Positions 47,961 through 61,205 of a DNA stretch of 64,000 nt are shown here, one piece after another. Each line of letters begins with the position of its first letter. Positions within the stretch are counted from its first letter, which is position 1. Under the pieces are notes generated by a model. The model saw nothing but the letters and a program-made list of their open reading frames with translations. It did no database searches and was not told the DNA's origin. The stretch lies in contig NC_043002.1 in assembly GCF_006345805.1 (NCBI RefSeq), forward strand, positions 102,920,001 through 102,984,000. Reading direction: 5' to 3'. The stretch comes from Octopus sinensis (lineage: Eukaryota). Both the position numbers and the translations under genes were made by a program.

Positions 47961-49988
47961 TTTCGAATAACTATTTAAAATGACGTATGATGGCCGTAAG
48001 CTTAGTCGAGACGAATACGCTGTGATTGAGGCTCAGACAAAAAATCCCTGAATTCCCATATGTACTCGTTTGAACATACAGAGCAAAATTGATCTGGTTC
48101 GTTCCAGTTTTCACATTGTTTACACCTTCGTTTACGTCTCAATTATCCTGACCAGCGTTTCTGTTTGTAAATAAATATAAACAGACCGGTAACTATGAAA
48201 CTTCTTATTATACAGAGTTTTCCTGTAATTTTATTATTTGTTTGACATTGTATACTTGTGGACTCTTGATTTCGCACACCAGTAAGGTTCGATTCATATC
48301 TAAGTGTATTCGGTAAAAATCTAAATTAATTGTCAGAGCAACTAATGAATCCTGGTTATGTGGTATAACTTGAGTCACATATCTATAGATGGATATACGC
48401 TGTGTTTCTCACGACGTTGTGCATTTATTTCACCGCATAAGCTTTAATAATTGAAACACACGACTTCAATTGAAGTAAGCCTATGATAGGAGACAATTGC
48501 CCAATGTGTAACAAACTAGGATGGAATGGAACACACTTTGTTGTCAAGGGAGCGTCTTAATTTCAAGATAATATAGTAAGTACTGTCACGAGACCCAGCA
48601 TTCAGCGTCCATTAGCCACATTTTTCATGTTAAATATGTGATTCATCTCACAATACCTCCTCGAAGAGGGACTCAAAACACTTCGTAAGTTTCCATATTT
48701 ACTGCTGAATGGCTCTGGAAATGAAATCTAATCTTGAATGTAACACACAAACCATAACGCTTCGCCCCTTCGCCACGGTATCATCTGGTTGTTTTCTTTT
48801 CATTTTAAATATATGAGTAAAGCAAAGAGTTATGATGAATATGTTCTATCTTGAAATGTGTGAATAGAAGTTGTATATCTCTCAACTCCCAACCTCTGCT
48901 GAAAAATACCAGAACGAGTTTTATCAAAATTCTAATGCGACAGCCACCTTTGGAGTAAAACGTTTGAAACGACGGGGACCAGTCTACTTCACACGGTCGT
49001 TCATACCTCAATTAAAAGGAGTTAATCTCATCAAAACCACTCCGCAATTCTTTGAAAAAAGAAAAGAAACACATATCCGATAATTACGTTCGCGATGCAC
49101 TCTGTCTGAAAGGAATATGAACTGATCATTATTAAATTGTCGATCACAGCTGATTTGTGGCTTTAAAAAACCACAGCAAATCAATAACATTGGATTAAAG
49201 GTGTCATTTTCCGGAGAATTGAATATCAATTTTGGCAAATTAAAAGAAACATAAATTACCATTTTCAAGGAAGAAAACGAATTTTTAATAATCTGGAGAC
49301 CGTGTGTGAATTAAGATTTAAATAAGGAAGGAAGGTTCAGAGGATGGAGAAATAAGGAAGGGAAATAAAGGTGATGGAGAAAAGTGAATGTAACATTTGC
49401 AAGTGTAGAGGATGGTTCTGTTTTAGTGACAGATTAAGACTGATATCTCTGACTAATAATCGAAGATATTCAAATCACCTCAACCACTTTTTGTTTGATG
49501 ACATGAAATTTTAAAGAATATATTTCGAATATTTCATGTATTTTGTACGACGGCATAAGAATGATCTGTTGAAATATGTTTAGCGCCTATTTCTTGCAAG
49601 TAGAGAGGTCGCTAACTCGTGGCACTTTTAGAGTGTTATTGCTAGTTTAGTTTATGGTATTCTTGACGTTGAAGTTTTACCATAAAGCACATTCAACTGG
49701 TGAATCCCGCTGTCATATGGCGAGAGAATTATCATCGAGGAGAAAGAGTTTTTTTCTAGATTTCGCTTTCCGTAAGGTTTATGAATGATTACACTATCCA
49801 ATGATTCTGTAATTTTGGATTATAGTCGTTGTATTCTAAGTTACATCTAACTCTGCCAATGTGAGCATCTTACGATAAACTCGTAATCTATCTGGCAACG
49901 GAGAGTTTCTTTACGCCAATATATAGGGTGCGGCGAGTTGTATTTTGCAAATATTTGTCTTTCTCTGTACTTAAGTATTTATCTATCT

Positions 49989-50039
<51 letters not shown>

Positions 50040-51078
50040 CTTTTTGCCCTCCCTAAATATAACATGTCCAGTAATGGGAATTTCCTTTCCATCACATATT
50101 GCATTACCATTGAAGAAACTAACTACTTCACTGAATATCTGTCATTGCATCTTTTATTCGAATTCATAAGCGTAAACATATCAGAAGGTGAAATTCTGTG
50201 ATAACTCTCGCATGGTATATTTTGAAATCGTTCCTATTTGTTCTCAATCTTTCTTAACACATTCTTATGACTTCAAGTCAATTCCAGGTCATTTCGTTAT
50301 ACGACAAAGGCAACATTACTTACAGGTAGACTCTATACAATAGAAACTTGATTGAGCTCTATCGTTGATGTCTGCTTTCAGGCGCAACATAATTGCTATG
50401 ATTTCTAACAGAATATCTCTATTACAATCTGCCATCTTTTAACGAATTGTAAAAGTTGTATTTACTTTGAATGTCCATGAAAAGGACAATAAGTATTTTT
50501 AGAAACATCATAGGAAATATATATAAAATCCATTTTGTGGAAATCTCTTCTCTCGGGATTAATGTTCTCAATTATATTAATTCAGTCTAGTGGTGCAGAA
50601 AATATGAACATCAAAAATGATGACAAGTCAAGAATTTCCCGTTTGCTTCACATCTGAATTAGACATTTTGAAACCCTTCAATGAATGTTATAAATACAAA
50701 TTTTGCATTCGTAACAAATTGTTTCTTTCATATATTTAAAAGGGAGAATGTTCATCCCTGTACAAATCTAATGGTTTCTGAATATATTTGACGAATATTC
50801 AACGTCACGAGTACTTCCGGTTGTTGTCAGAAAAACTATTCTACATCAGGGAAGGAACAGCTGACCTGGTAAGTGTAAATATATTTCGATAATGGTTTTG
50901 ATGTGCGCAACTCCTAAGGAGAGACGTGAGAAAATTGAATTGTGATTCGATACGAGGGAATAATAATAGCTGCGACAAACTGTTGATGTAAAAGGGAATT
51001 AAATAATTTAGAATTTCCTTCGTTTTAAGAAAAACAATTTTCTTTAAATAAATTATAATAATAATAATAATAATAATA

Positions 51079-51170
<92 letters not shown>

Positions 51171-51174
<4 letters not shown>

Positions 51175-51940
51175 ATAAAAAAAAGAGGCCGAGAGCTCTA
51201 TACCGGCAGCATAAGACAAAGTTTTGGCTACGAACTGGAGGGTCAAACTTAGGAATGAGCAAGTGTTTCCGCTATGCCGCATCTGCAATAGAGGAGAGAA
51301 TCATTGCCCATATCATGAAAGGATGCCCTAGACACTCCCCAAATTCCTACAAGGTGTGGTGATACCACCAGGTAGCGAAAGGGCATCACTGGAAAATGTG
51401 TAAAAGGTGGGGGCTAGAGAGAAGCACGACGTGTTATGAGCACAAACCGCCGGCAGTAGCAGTGAAGCAGACTGGCAAAATCCCCTGGGATTTTCCAATC
51501 CAAACAAATTAGGTGCTAGAGCATTACAGACCTGACATAGCGGTGATGGAGAAGGTGCAGCACATATGCTAGTTAGTTCATGTTGCATGATCATTTGACC
51601 CATGAATGGTCAAGAATGAAAGGGAACAGAGAGATAGATATAATCCTCTTAAATAAAATACAGCCCGGTTATGGAAAATGAGGAAGGTGTAGACAGTACC
51701 AAGTACTGTTGGGTCCTTGGGAACAGTATCAGAAGGCATCGAGAGAAATATAAAGGAAATTGGAAAAAATGCCCAGTAGAACTGTTACAAACATTTTGCC
51801 TACTGGACACGGCCAGAATAATCAGGAAACTACCAAGTAGCTGAAACGGAACGAATAGCCTGGTACGGTAGGCTTCAGGTAATAAGCCCACTACGTATGC
51901 AAGACGCCCAGAGGTCCAACAACACCTGTAATAAAGAGGA
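51171..51940 (+). mobile_element. 5'-truncated R4/Dong-like RLE LINE, copy D, between (AAT)n tracts 51052-51170 and 51940-52070
   Basis: CRIC..IAHIMKGC (CCHC), HWKMCK, WDFPIQT, EHYRPDIAV; 3' tail shared with 20700-20890. Confidence 0.85.
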
Positions 51941-52021
51941 AATAATAATAATAATAATAATGATAATAATAATAATAATAGTAATAATAATAATAATAAT
52001 AATATAATAATAATAATAATA

Positions 52022-52068
<47 letters not shown>

Positions 52069-52099
52069 GCAACCATAATAGTAATAGTGTTAATAATAT

Positions 52100-52240
52100 C
52101 GAAAAATACCTTAGAAATGAGAACCCAGGTTCATAATTTCCACAAGACGCATGATGAAGCTGGAAGGTATATCAGCCGAAACGTTGTGTTAACAACAAAG
52201 AAGGTGAGGACAAATATCGTCAATTGTAAATAATGTAGGA
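52100..52240 (+). mobile_element. Probable solo pLTR of another Penelope-like family containing a decayed hammerhead (52146-52190)
   Basis: GACGC-ATGATGA-A GCTG gaaggtatat CAGC C-GAAAC-GTT-GTGTT: C3-to-A core change, palindromic AACGTT stem III. Confidence 0.65.
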
Positions 52241-54915
52241 TGAAATATATATAAGAATTTATCACGTTAGCATGAAAAGCTATATAAATGAAAAAATTGT
52301 AATTATTCCTTTAAAATGCATGTTATATTAAGGGTATTTCTTACACGCAAATACCCCAGTATACCGACAGCGAGGTAAAGCAACTTGGAAGCCGTCCCTT
52401 AAACACATTATTATGGTAAATTGTTCCTCATAGCGTAAGGCATTTACGTGTAGTAAGCCCTTAATATAATAAATAAATAAATAAAGTCATAGACTACTGA
52501 TTTGATTCGTTCCATGTTCAATCAGGCACGTGGTGTTGAGAAGCCACAAAAATGTCGAAATATCGATATTTAACACTCCTGAATACGATCGAAGTGGAAA
52601 TGTCTCGTCTCTCTATGACATTCACATGTCTGAACACCAAGATTTAAGAGAGAGTCGTCTCCCAGGTGCTATACCTTCGCAACCCTGCGAACAAATAAAA
52701 CACATTAAGTATGCTCGGTCGAGGGGTATTACAACAGCAGTATTGCTTTTAATTCGTTATTGAATTTTATCTTACATATACATCTCCGTGGCACCCCAAC
52801 AAAGAACTTTTGCGCTATTTTCTTACACTGTTTAATTTTTTTTTCTTTGTACAGGCATGAAATTTCCAAGATTACATAATGCAAAGTGTTTTTGTTTTCA
52901 TATTTTTAAGACATTGGGATGGCTTATTAGGGAGGAATATGAGCTAATTCTAAAAGAGAGATTGGTCCCATAACGGGTCACTTTTCTAGTGACGATCAAG
53001 TTGTTTGAAACAAAGGAATCGAGACAGAAATGCGTGGTTATGTCCCTATTTACAACAGCGAGTTCAGCCTATTGAATATTCATCCAATACTCAACAACCA
53101 AATCGTTATAGCTGTATTTGTTGAATGACTCGTCATTTTAATCACTGCTAAACAGATGACTATTTCACCGTCTCTAGTCAGTGAATTCAGATCTACTCTA
53201 GAAGCCATTCACGTTTAAGAGTGCATCTGTAAATCGCCAAGTCACCAACATCAGTGTAAGGAATATTTAAATATACAAAACATCGCAACTACACAAACAT
53301 ACCACACATGGACATTCACACTTACCTGACTACCTCCACACTTACACACATCTCCACACATCTCTCTCCAGATTTGTCTGTTTATATCTACCTTGCTAAA
53401 TATAGAAAACTTATGACAAATAGGAAATAAACAGAGAACGAAGAAACATTTTAGCTTCCCACTCGTAAACTTACATATCTATTTTCTGTCTCTTAATGTT
53501 TGAAATACCTTTCTTAATCCCTAAAGCGAACGGAGCCAAATAGGCAAATGCCCAAAGACACGTTGGCAGCGACACAACATTAGACTATAGTTAGATTTTT
53601 AGTTGATAGAAAGAGCAGATAATTCGTGCTTGCCTCAAATAATGCAACTTGTCAAAACAAAGTTGCTTCAGCCATAACATCAGTAACCTTTCTTCATTGC
53701 AGATTATTTTCGGCCTAATTTACTTGGAGTCAGATTGAAATATAAATGATTATAATAGACGATTGTATTTGCTTAAACATTTATTCCCATATTCTTTCTA
53801 TTATTAGGACTTTCCCTTGTACGTCAGTGACTAAATCGTATCTTCTTTTATGCGTTGACGGACTCTTAATTGATTTTCATTTGAGGATAATAATTTTTTT
53901 TTCTTTTTCTCCCAAGTGTCTCTTTTATCAATCATAACTGTCATTTATTACATTTAAATATATATCACAATTCGTATTTCACACTTCACTATAGAAAATC
54001 ACATAACGATTGTCAAGCATATATAATCGCGCGCAAAAAAACATACGTACACTCCTACACACAAATGCACACTTACACAAACACGAACACACACTTTCTT
54101 AAGAACGAAAGGAGTATCATATTAACCGCCACTAAGCACTCAATAACAGACGCCTAAACTACACACACACACACATGCACAGACACACACACAGATACAC
54201 ACATATTCACACACATACATAAGCGCACAAATGCATATATACATAAGTATTGGTAAGCATTTAACCAGACGTGCACATACAAACAATGAAATTCACACGT
54301 ATTAATGCAGAGAGCTATGGAAATGCATATTATATGAAACATTTCTTTCGCATAGAAATCTTAATTTATCATTTTCTAATTTACTCAGAGGAACAAGATT
54401 GATAAATTTACCGTTGCTATTATATTGGGAATATCAATATGGGTCGTGTTTATTATGAAATCCGAGCTAACTGACTTAAGCAGAATTGTATGTGGATCCG
54501 GTTGGATATAGTTTTGTGAATAAGAAAAGGAGAAATTTGCTTCTTTGATGCTTCAATGGTGATGAACACTACCAGTGATGTGAGGAGCAAACAGACTTCT
54601 ATTTTGGTGGGGATCTAAACTGGGAAATGCCTACTAACTTCAAAGCACCTCTAGGAAATATGGGAACTGCATGATTAGCAGAGAAGAAATACAAAACGCA
54701 AAATGCATCCTTGGTGGGTGGGTGTTTTTGAGTGAAATAAAATGATGTATTCTGTATGGATTTGATGTCGAAAAATCTGTGTCCCATGAGTTGCAGCGTC
54801 ATCCCTAATTTATGATGTTCCCCAAAATTAATAACACACTCTTTCTAGAATGCTCACAACACAACAGAAACAATTAAACTCATTAACAAAATTCACGAAC
54901 TCACTAAACACGAAC

Positions 54916-54949
<34 letters not shown>

Positions 54950-54953
54950 ATAG

Positions 54954-55364
54954 TGGAGGCGCAATGGCTGAGTGGTTAGGACAGCAGACTCGCGATCGGA
55001 GGACGCGGTTTCGATACTCAAAGTGGATGTTGTTAGTATTTATTGAGCGAAAACACGTAAAGCTACACGAAGATCTGGTCCTGGGTGTTGGCGAACCCTT
55101 CTGTATTCTTTCACTACAACTTTCTCTCTCTCTCTTTCTCTCTCTCTCTCGCTCCCCTCCCACTTTCTTCCTGTTTCTGTTATAATTGTATTTCAAAGGG
55201 CCAGCCTTGTTACACACTGTGTCAGTCTGAACCTACCCGAGAACAATATTAAGGGTTACACGTGTCAGTGGAGTAATCAGGCACTTGCACGATAATTTCC
55301 TGAGCAAGCTGTTCCGTTGATCGGATCAACAGGAACCCTCGACTTTGTAACCGACGGAGTGCCA
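54954..55364 (+). mobile_element. tRNA-derived SINE family 3, full length
   Basis: GGAGGCGCAATGGCTGAGTGGTTAGG (A-box), GGTTTCGATAC (B-box-like), internal (CT)n, GC-richer body ending ACCGACGGAGTGCCA. Confidence 0.8.
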
Positions 55365-55699
55365 CCATATATATACATATAAACAAAAATTTTGATTCAG
55401 AGGAATATGGTACTTGAGTTGAGGCACCACAATTTAGTGTTGTATTATCCATACAATTTCAAAATAAAGTGATTTGAATCAAAATAAGTAAGGATATCCA
55501 GAGGTAATGCAGTACAAGCGTTTCACTCAACTCCACTTAATTGAACAATGCAACCATTACATTTATTTAAATGCAGAGCAATCCTCAGCTGCACAAAGAC
55601 ATAGAAATTAACTAATTCAAAACAGATGGACATATTAGTATAATTTTAACTAAATTTATACTAATGTGTCCATCTGTTTTGATTTAATTAAATTTTATG

Positions 55700-55835
55700 T
55701 CTTTGCGAGTTCAAATTCCGCCGAGGTCAACTTTGCCTTTCATCCTCTCGGTGTCGCTGAAATAAGTACCAGTTATGCAGTGGGGTGGATATAATCGATT
55801 AGTCTCCTTGCCCCCAAATTTCCAAGGCCTTCTGA
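55700..55835 (+). mobile_element. SINE family 2 fragment
   Basis: GAGTTCAAATTCCGCCGAGGTCAACTTTGCCTTTCATCC..AAATAAGTACCAGTT, homologous to 8580-8690 and 36200-36290. Confidence 0.8.
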
Positions 55836-56602
55836 ATTAAGTAGAAATGGTTATGAAACTAATGCTTTTTAGCGTTTTTTTTTTTGAATTTTGATTCTTA
55901 AAGAATGGTTACTCTTTATGTAAGAGTTTTATGTATTTTCTTTAACGGGAGAAAGAAATCAGACGACGTTCACATATAAACAATGTTGTGAAACAATTTT
56001 ATTTCCTTAATGGGAATATTTTCCCGAGTCGCCGTAAATTCCACAAGATATTTACAAAATACATTAAACAACTTCATGGGTGTGCAAAATAATGCCTCAA
56101 GCTATCACGAATCACAACACAAATATCTTTGACAAAACATATTGTCAAGTTAAGCGACGAGCTATTGGCAAAAATATTATCCCTCTACCGAAAGTTCAAA
56201 AGCTTAGAGAAAGCCTTTTATTCTTGTCTGCTATTACCATTTGGTACTCATCCGCAGTTTTCTTATCATCTCTATATTAGTACTGTAATCGCTGATACAG
56301 TTATGATCGTCACTTGTAACTCTGTCTAAGGCAGTTTCAAACAAATTTGGAAATCGGGAAACACCATGATGAGGTCAACTGCGTTACATGGATTTTAGAC
56401 AACGCTTGTATTGAAAATGAATCAAACGTCTACGATGTTTGTCTGACACGAATCCGATGTTAATACGATATAAGCAACCATAATAATTAGATTCACTTCA
56501 GCATTTAAATTTAACTTGTCAAAATATTTTCGTCGCTTTGGGACCGCGACCTGTTCCCTAACAAAACTTCGTGCTGCAGCACCTTCCACGCTGCAATTGT
56601 TT

Positions 56603-56987
56603 TCATATATATATATAAACGGCAGTTTGTCTGTGCGTGTTTCTGTGCGTCTGTTTGGTTGTACCCTCACCCTGACCACGGCTTTCAACCGATTCTGATG
56701 AAACTTGACACACACATAGCCCAATGTCATAATTCAAATCTAACGCAGCGAAAATTTTGAAAAGTTCTCCCAGTTCTGAAAAAGATCGATAAATTCGACA
56801 TGGGGTCGACAATCAGAAACACAAACCACAGATGGTCTAGGGGACGCAACTCGACCTTTTTAACTATCAAAACAAATTTACCATCATTTTTTTTCCCATT
56901 TTTTGCTATTTTTTGGCTATAACTCTCTAAAAATGCTTTATAGTTATTTCCCTTACAAACCCGAGCAACGCCGGGCGATACTGCTAG
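56603..56987 (+). mobile_element. Non-autonomous Helitron (5' end approximate)
   Basis: 3' subterminal GC hairpin CCCGAGCAACGCCGGG (56960-56975), then CTAG (56984-87) followed by T; TC/(TA)n-AAACGG-microsatellite-like 5' end. Confidence 0.75.
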
Positions 56988-58749
56988 TATATATATATAT
57001 ATATATATATATGCATACATATATACATATACAGAGAGAGACAGACCGACAGACAGGTACAGATTTCACAGATAGGAAGACACATGATGGTGCTCAAAAT
57101 ATTGAAACTTAGTCCCCGATGTCATTATAGGGTTTCCTTCAATAAAGTAGAGAAAGGCTATTAGAGGGAACAGGTTTAGTGAGGATGGAATCACATTTTG
57201 GGCCAACGTAAATTAGACACATCAGATATGTTAAACATTAACTGCATCAAATATAAAATAAGTGTAGATGTACAGATGCAAAATGAAATAAAGTGAAAAG
57301 AGGGAATTTCAGAAGATGAATGATGAAATTATTTGTTTAAAGTTTTATATATTTATATAAATATATATAAATTTATACATATATATACGTATATGTGTGT
57401 GTGTGTGTGTGTTTGTGTAACAAGACTGATATACGTTACAAGAGTGAATTTCAGTAAAGAAATTCATGTAGCTGAATTCGAGGAACGGTTGAGAATGAAG
57501 AAAGAAAGAAAACGAAAAAGAGAGAGAGAGAGAATTATTGTGTTTTGAAGTATTTTATTCAAAGTAAGGGGAAATCACAAGACCAAGAGTCTTATAAGCA
57601 CCCACACAAATAAAGTTTTCGTAATAATTGTTGAGAAACCTCAAAATACTATCAATTTGAGTGGGATATCGAATTTTTGAAATCATAATATTTCTCGTCA
57701 AAAACTACTTCACAATTGATATATAGAGATACAACGATCTTCTCCGGTTTTGTATTTCACTTTGAAAGCAGACAAACATACGTAGGACTTACGAGACGGA
57801 TTGTATAAGACGCTAAGTGAGAATGTAATTCGATTTGCCAAGTATTTAGATATGCAAATATATGTTTGGAATTGAACAACCAGGGAACATCTTGTGAAGT
57901 AACACTTCTAATATGATAATAGTGAATCTATTTACATTTTTCTTATTTTGCTCTATTTACCAATCTACGTATGGTTTACTGTAATGGAAGAGTATATTGA
58001 AGTAGAATTTGTTGAGATAATTATGGATACAAACAATGTATGTGTAAACCTCCCTGCGGTAATGGAAAGCCGAATTTCTTTAAATAATTGCCAGCATTTA
58101 CACGACTGTACATTTTCATTACCCGATGATGTCAAAATCATAATTCGTTCATAATTACTATATCTCTGGCGCAGAAAATAAAACTGTTTTCATGTAAGTA
58201 TAGAGTAAAGTCTATTTAATTGACTCTTGACACAAAGTTTGTGTGATTGAGTTTAATTATCGTAGACAAATGAAAGAGAATTCAAAGGCAATAGCAATGT
58301 TCACAGAACGGAGAAAGATTGTTGCACTAAATCTAATCTAGAGACAATGGAATTTTTCTAGTTGGAGAAAAAATATTATACAACTATTCCGTTGAAATTC
58401 TAAATGGTAACAGAGTGAATCTGCATTTGATTCCAAATTTATGTACGCACCACACATAAACATCTATTTTTGCGCGGATGTATAGAAACAAACACTGGTA
58501 TTCGTGTGTAGCTGTGTGTATATGTATGTAATTCTATAGAAGTAGAGCTGAAACTAAACGAAAATATCAAACGTACATAATATATTCTACATTGGTGTAC
58601 GATGTGCACGTTACATCATTTAAGGTCGATAAGTAAAGTTCATTCCAATTATTAGTCATTTAGTCTTACTCCTTATTCTCTCTCTTCCTTCCCTCCTTGC
58701 TTGTCACTCTCTCTCTCTCTCACTCTCTCTCTCTTCTTCCTATCTCCGT

Positions 58750-59112
58750 AATTGTAGTCGACTTGTTATACTTTGAGACGTTGATAAAAATCATGTGAAC
58801 TAATAAATTTTTTGTCTTGTTTCAGAATAGTTTTTGACAGATAGTTTCGTCGGCTGAAGTTCACATCCTTCCGTTTTGTTAAAGAATTTTCACTACTTCA
58901 TATGTATAATCTCTTACGATATTCTTTTTCCATAACGCTAATAATTAGCTTCTATTTCATCGCGTCACCTGCTAGAACTAGTATTGATATGTCTCCATTC
59001 ACCTTCTTTACTAGAGAACGGTAAGAGGGAGATGTCAGTGGTATCAAGGCTCATTCAACTTCACAGACAATTTATGAAACTACATTATATTTTACAGATT
59101 GTTACATACACA
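58750..59112 (+). repeat. Copy 1 of a ~350-bp direct duplication (copy 2 at 60865-61205)
   Basis: Shared blocks AATTGTAGTCG, GAAGTTCACATC, GATATTCTTTTTCCATAACGC and near-identical TCACCTGCTAGAACTAGTATTGATATGTCTCCATTCACC..AGAGAACGGTAAGAGGGAGATGTCAGTG..GTTACATACACA. Confidence 0.92.
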
Positions 59113-60864
59113 TGACCTCAACATAAGAGACTGCGTGGTGATGAGTGCAAATGTATTTGATAAACATTATTCTACAAAACAATTGATTTAAACATGAACT
59201 GCGAAACCGTAAGTCAACTGTCGACTCTGTACATACATGGATGGCATCAACTTTCATGGAAACAACACCCAAAGATTAGAATGCATAATCAAGGAAAAAA
59301 TGGTTCTTAAAAACAACAACAATAACAACACCATCCGAAACTCATTTAGACAAGTAGGAATTATTTGTAGTAAATTATGTAGAAAATAGTTTAACCATAA
59401 AATATATATCAATACTAGTCTTAGAGTTCATATACTTTACTTTTTAGGCGAATAAAAAAGTTATGGAGTTATAGCTTGGTCAACATAGCGTGAACGAGTT
59501 AATTTAGAACAATACGGAAGCGAACCATGAATTATAGAGTTGAAATCAAATGATAGTTTACAATAAAATTTCGTTCTAGCGAGACAGCATAAAAGTGTTA
59601 TTAAAGGTTAGGTGCATCAATGTGAGAGCAATATTCTTGAGTTGGTTTATATGTTCGTCGGAAAGCATAAACTTTATAACATATGTCTTTGGTTCATAGC
59701 CAATTAGCAAGACTGAATATATTCGCAACGTAAAACACATACAAAAATAAAAAAAAAAAGATAAACAACAATAACAGCGTCGATAAAAATAATATTCAAG
59801 TATGATAAAATCATATCCGACTAATAGCAGAGTTACAACTTGGGAGGAGAAACTAGAAAACTCAATTCAATATTGATGATGTTTAATTTTATCCTATTGT
59901 CTGTTGTGTTAGAATATGTGGCTTGACACAATATTTGAATCAGAAAACATTGCGTATGCATGTGTACACAGAATATATCATTAAGTATATAGGTGCATAT
60001 ACGCACACGCGCACATATGTGTATATACACACACATATATATATACACATATACACACACAGATATGTCTGTATATATACATACATATGTGGGTGTGCGC
60101 GTGTGTGCATGTATCTCTCTCTCTTTATCTGTGTATATATATATATATACATATATACATACACACAAATATGTACAGATATACACACACATATATATGG
60201 GCGTATGTATATATTTATACATATATATATATTTTTGAGGACGTATGTATATGTGTCTATGTGTGTGCAAGTGTAGTTTTTGGTGTATATATGTATAAAT
60301 ATTTATACTTGCGGAGTCTTTTTTTTTTCGTATTTTTAAGCATTGAGAAACTTCAAAATACGAAGTTATTCCAATATAAATGTTGCTATAAGTTATAGCT
60401 TATTAAATAAATATTTAGATTAAAATAGTCTTCGAAATAAAAAGTGGACAAAATCATTCGCATAACTACTTACACACATACATGCATACAGAAATACATA
60501 GGTACGTACGTAGGTATGTATATGTGTATACGCGTAATTTAAAGCAATTCTGTTTCTACATAAACCTGAAAAGTCGATAGTTTCCAGTGTGGCTTAAAGA
60601 AAACTGATTCTATGTATTATTTCGTATATTATATAATATATTCCACAATAATCTGGTAAAGATTCGATAAAGCTGTTGTGGAAATATTCATTAAAACAAA
60701 GTGCTTACTCCATTCTCTTTATTAATGTTTATGGAATCTCCACGAATAATGAAGGATCTTCAGGTACCATCGGAAAAAGACCTATGTTTGTTATGTCCTA
60801 TTATCTTAACCGATACGTGTGGGCAGGCTTTGAAAAGCAGACTACAAGGTTCAAACCTAAATTG

Positions 60865-61205
60865 AATTGTAGTCGAAATGTTATATCTTAAGACGTTGGT
60901 AAAAATAAATGTGTGAACAAAAAAGTCATAGCTTCAGAATAATTTTCGACAGACAGTCTCATGGGTTGAAGTTCACATCTTTCTGTTTTGTTAAATTTAA
61001 GATTTTTAATGATATTCTTTTTCCATAACGCAAAAAAGGAGCTTCCATTCCATCGCATCACCTGCTAGAACTAGTATTGATATGTCTCCATTCACCTTTT
61101 TTATTAGAGAACGGTAAGAGGGAGATGTCAGTGCTATCAAAGCTCATTCAACTTCACAGATAGTTTATGAAACTGCATTATATTTTACAGACTGTTACAT
61201 ACACA
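60865..61205 (+). repeat. Copy 2 of the ~350-bp direct duplication
   Basis: See 58750-59112. Confidence 0.92.
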
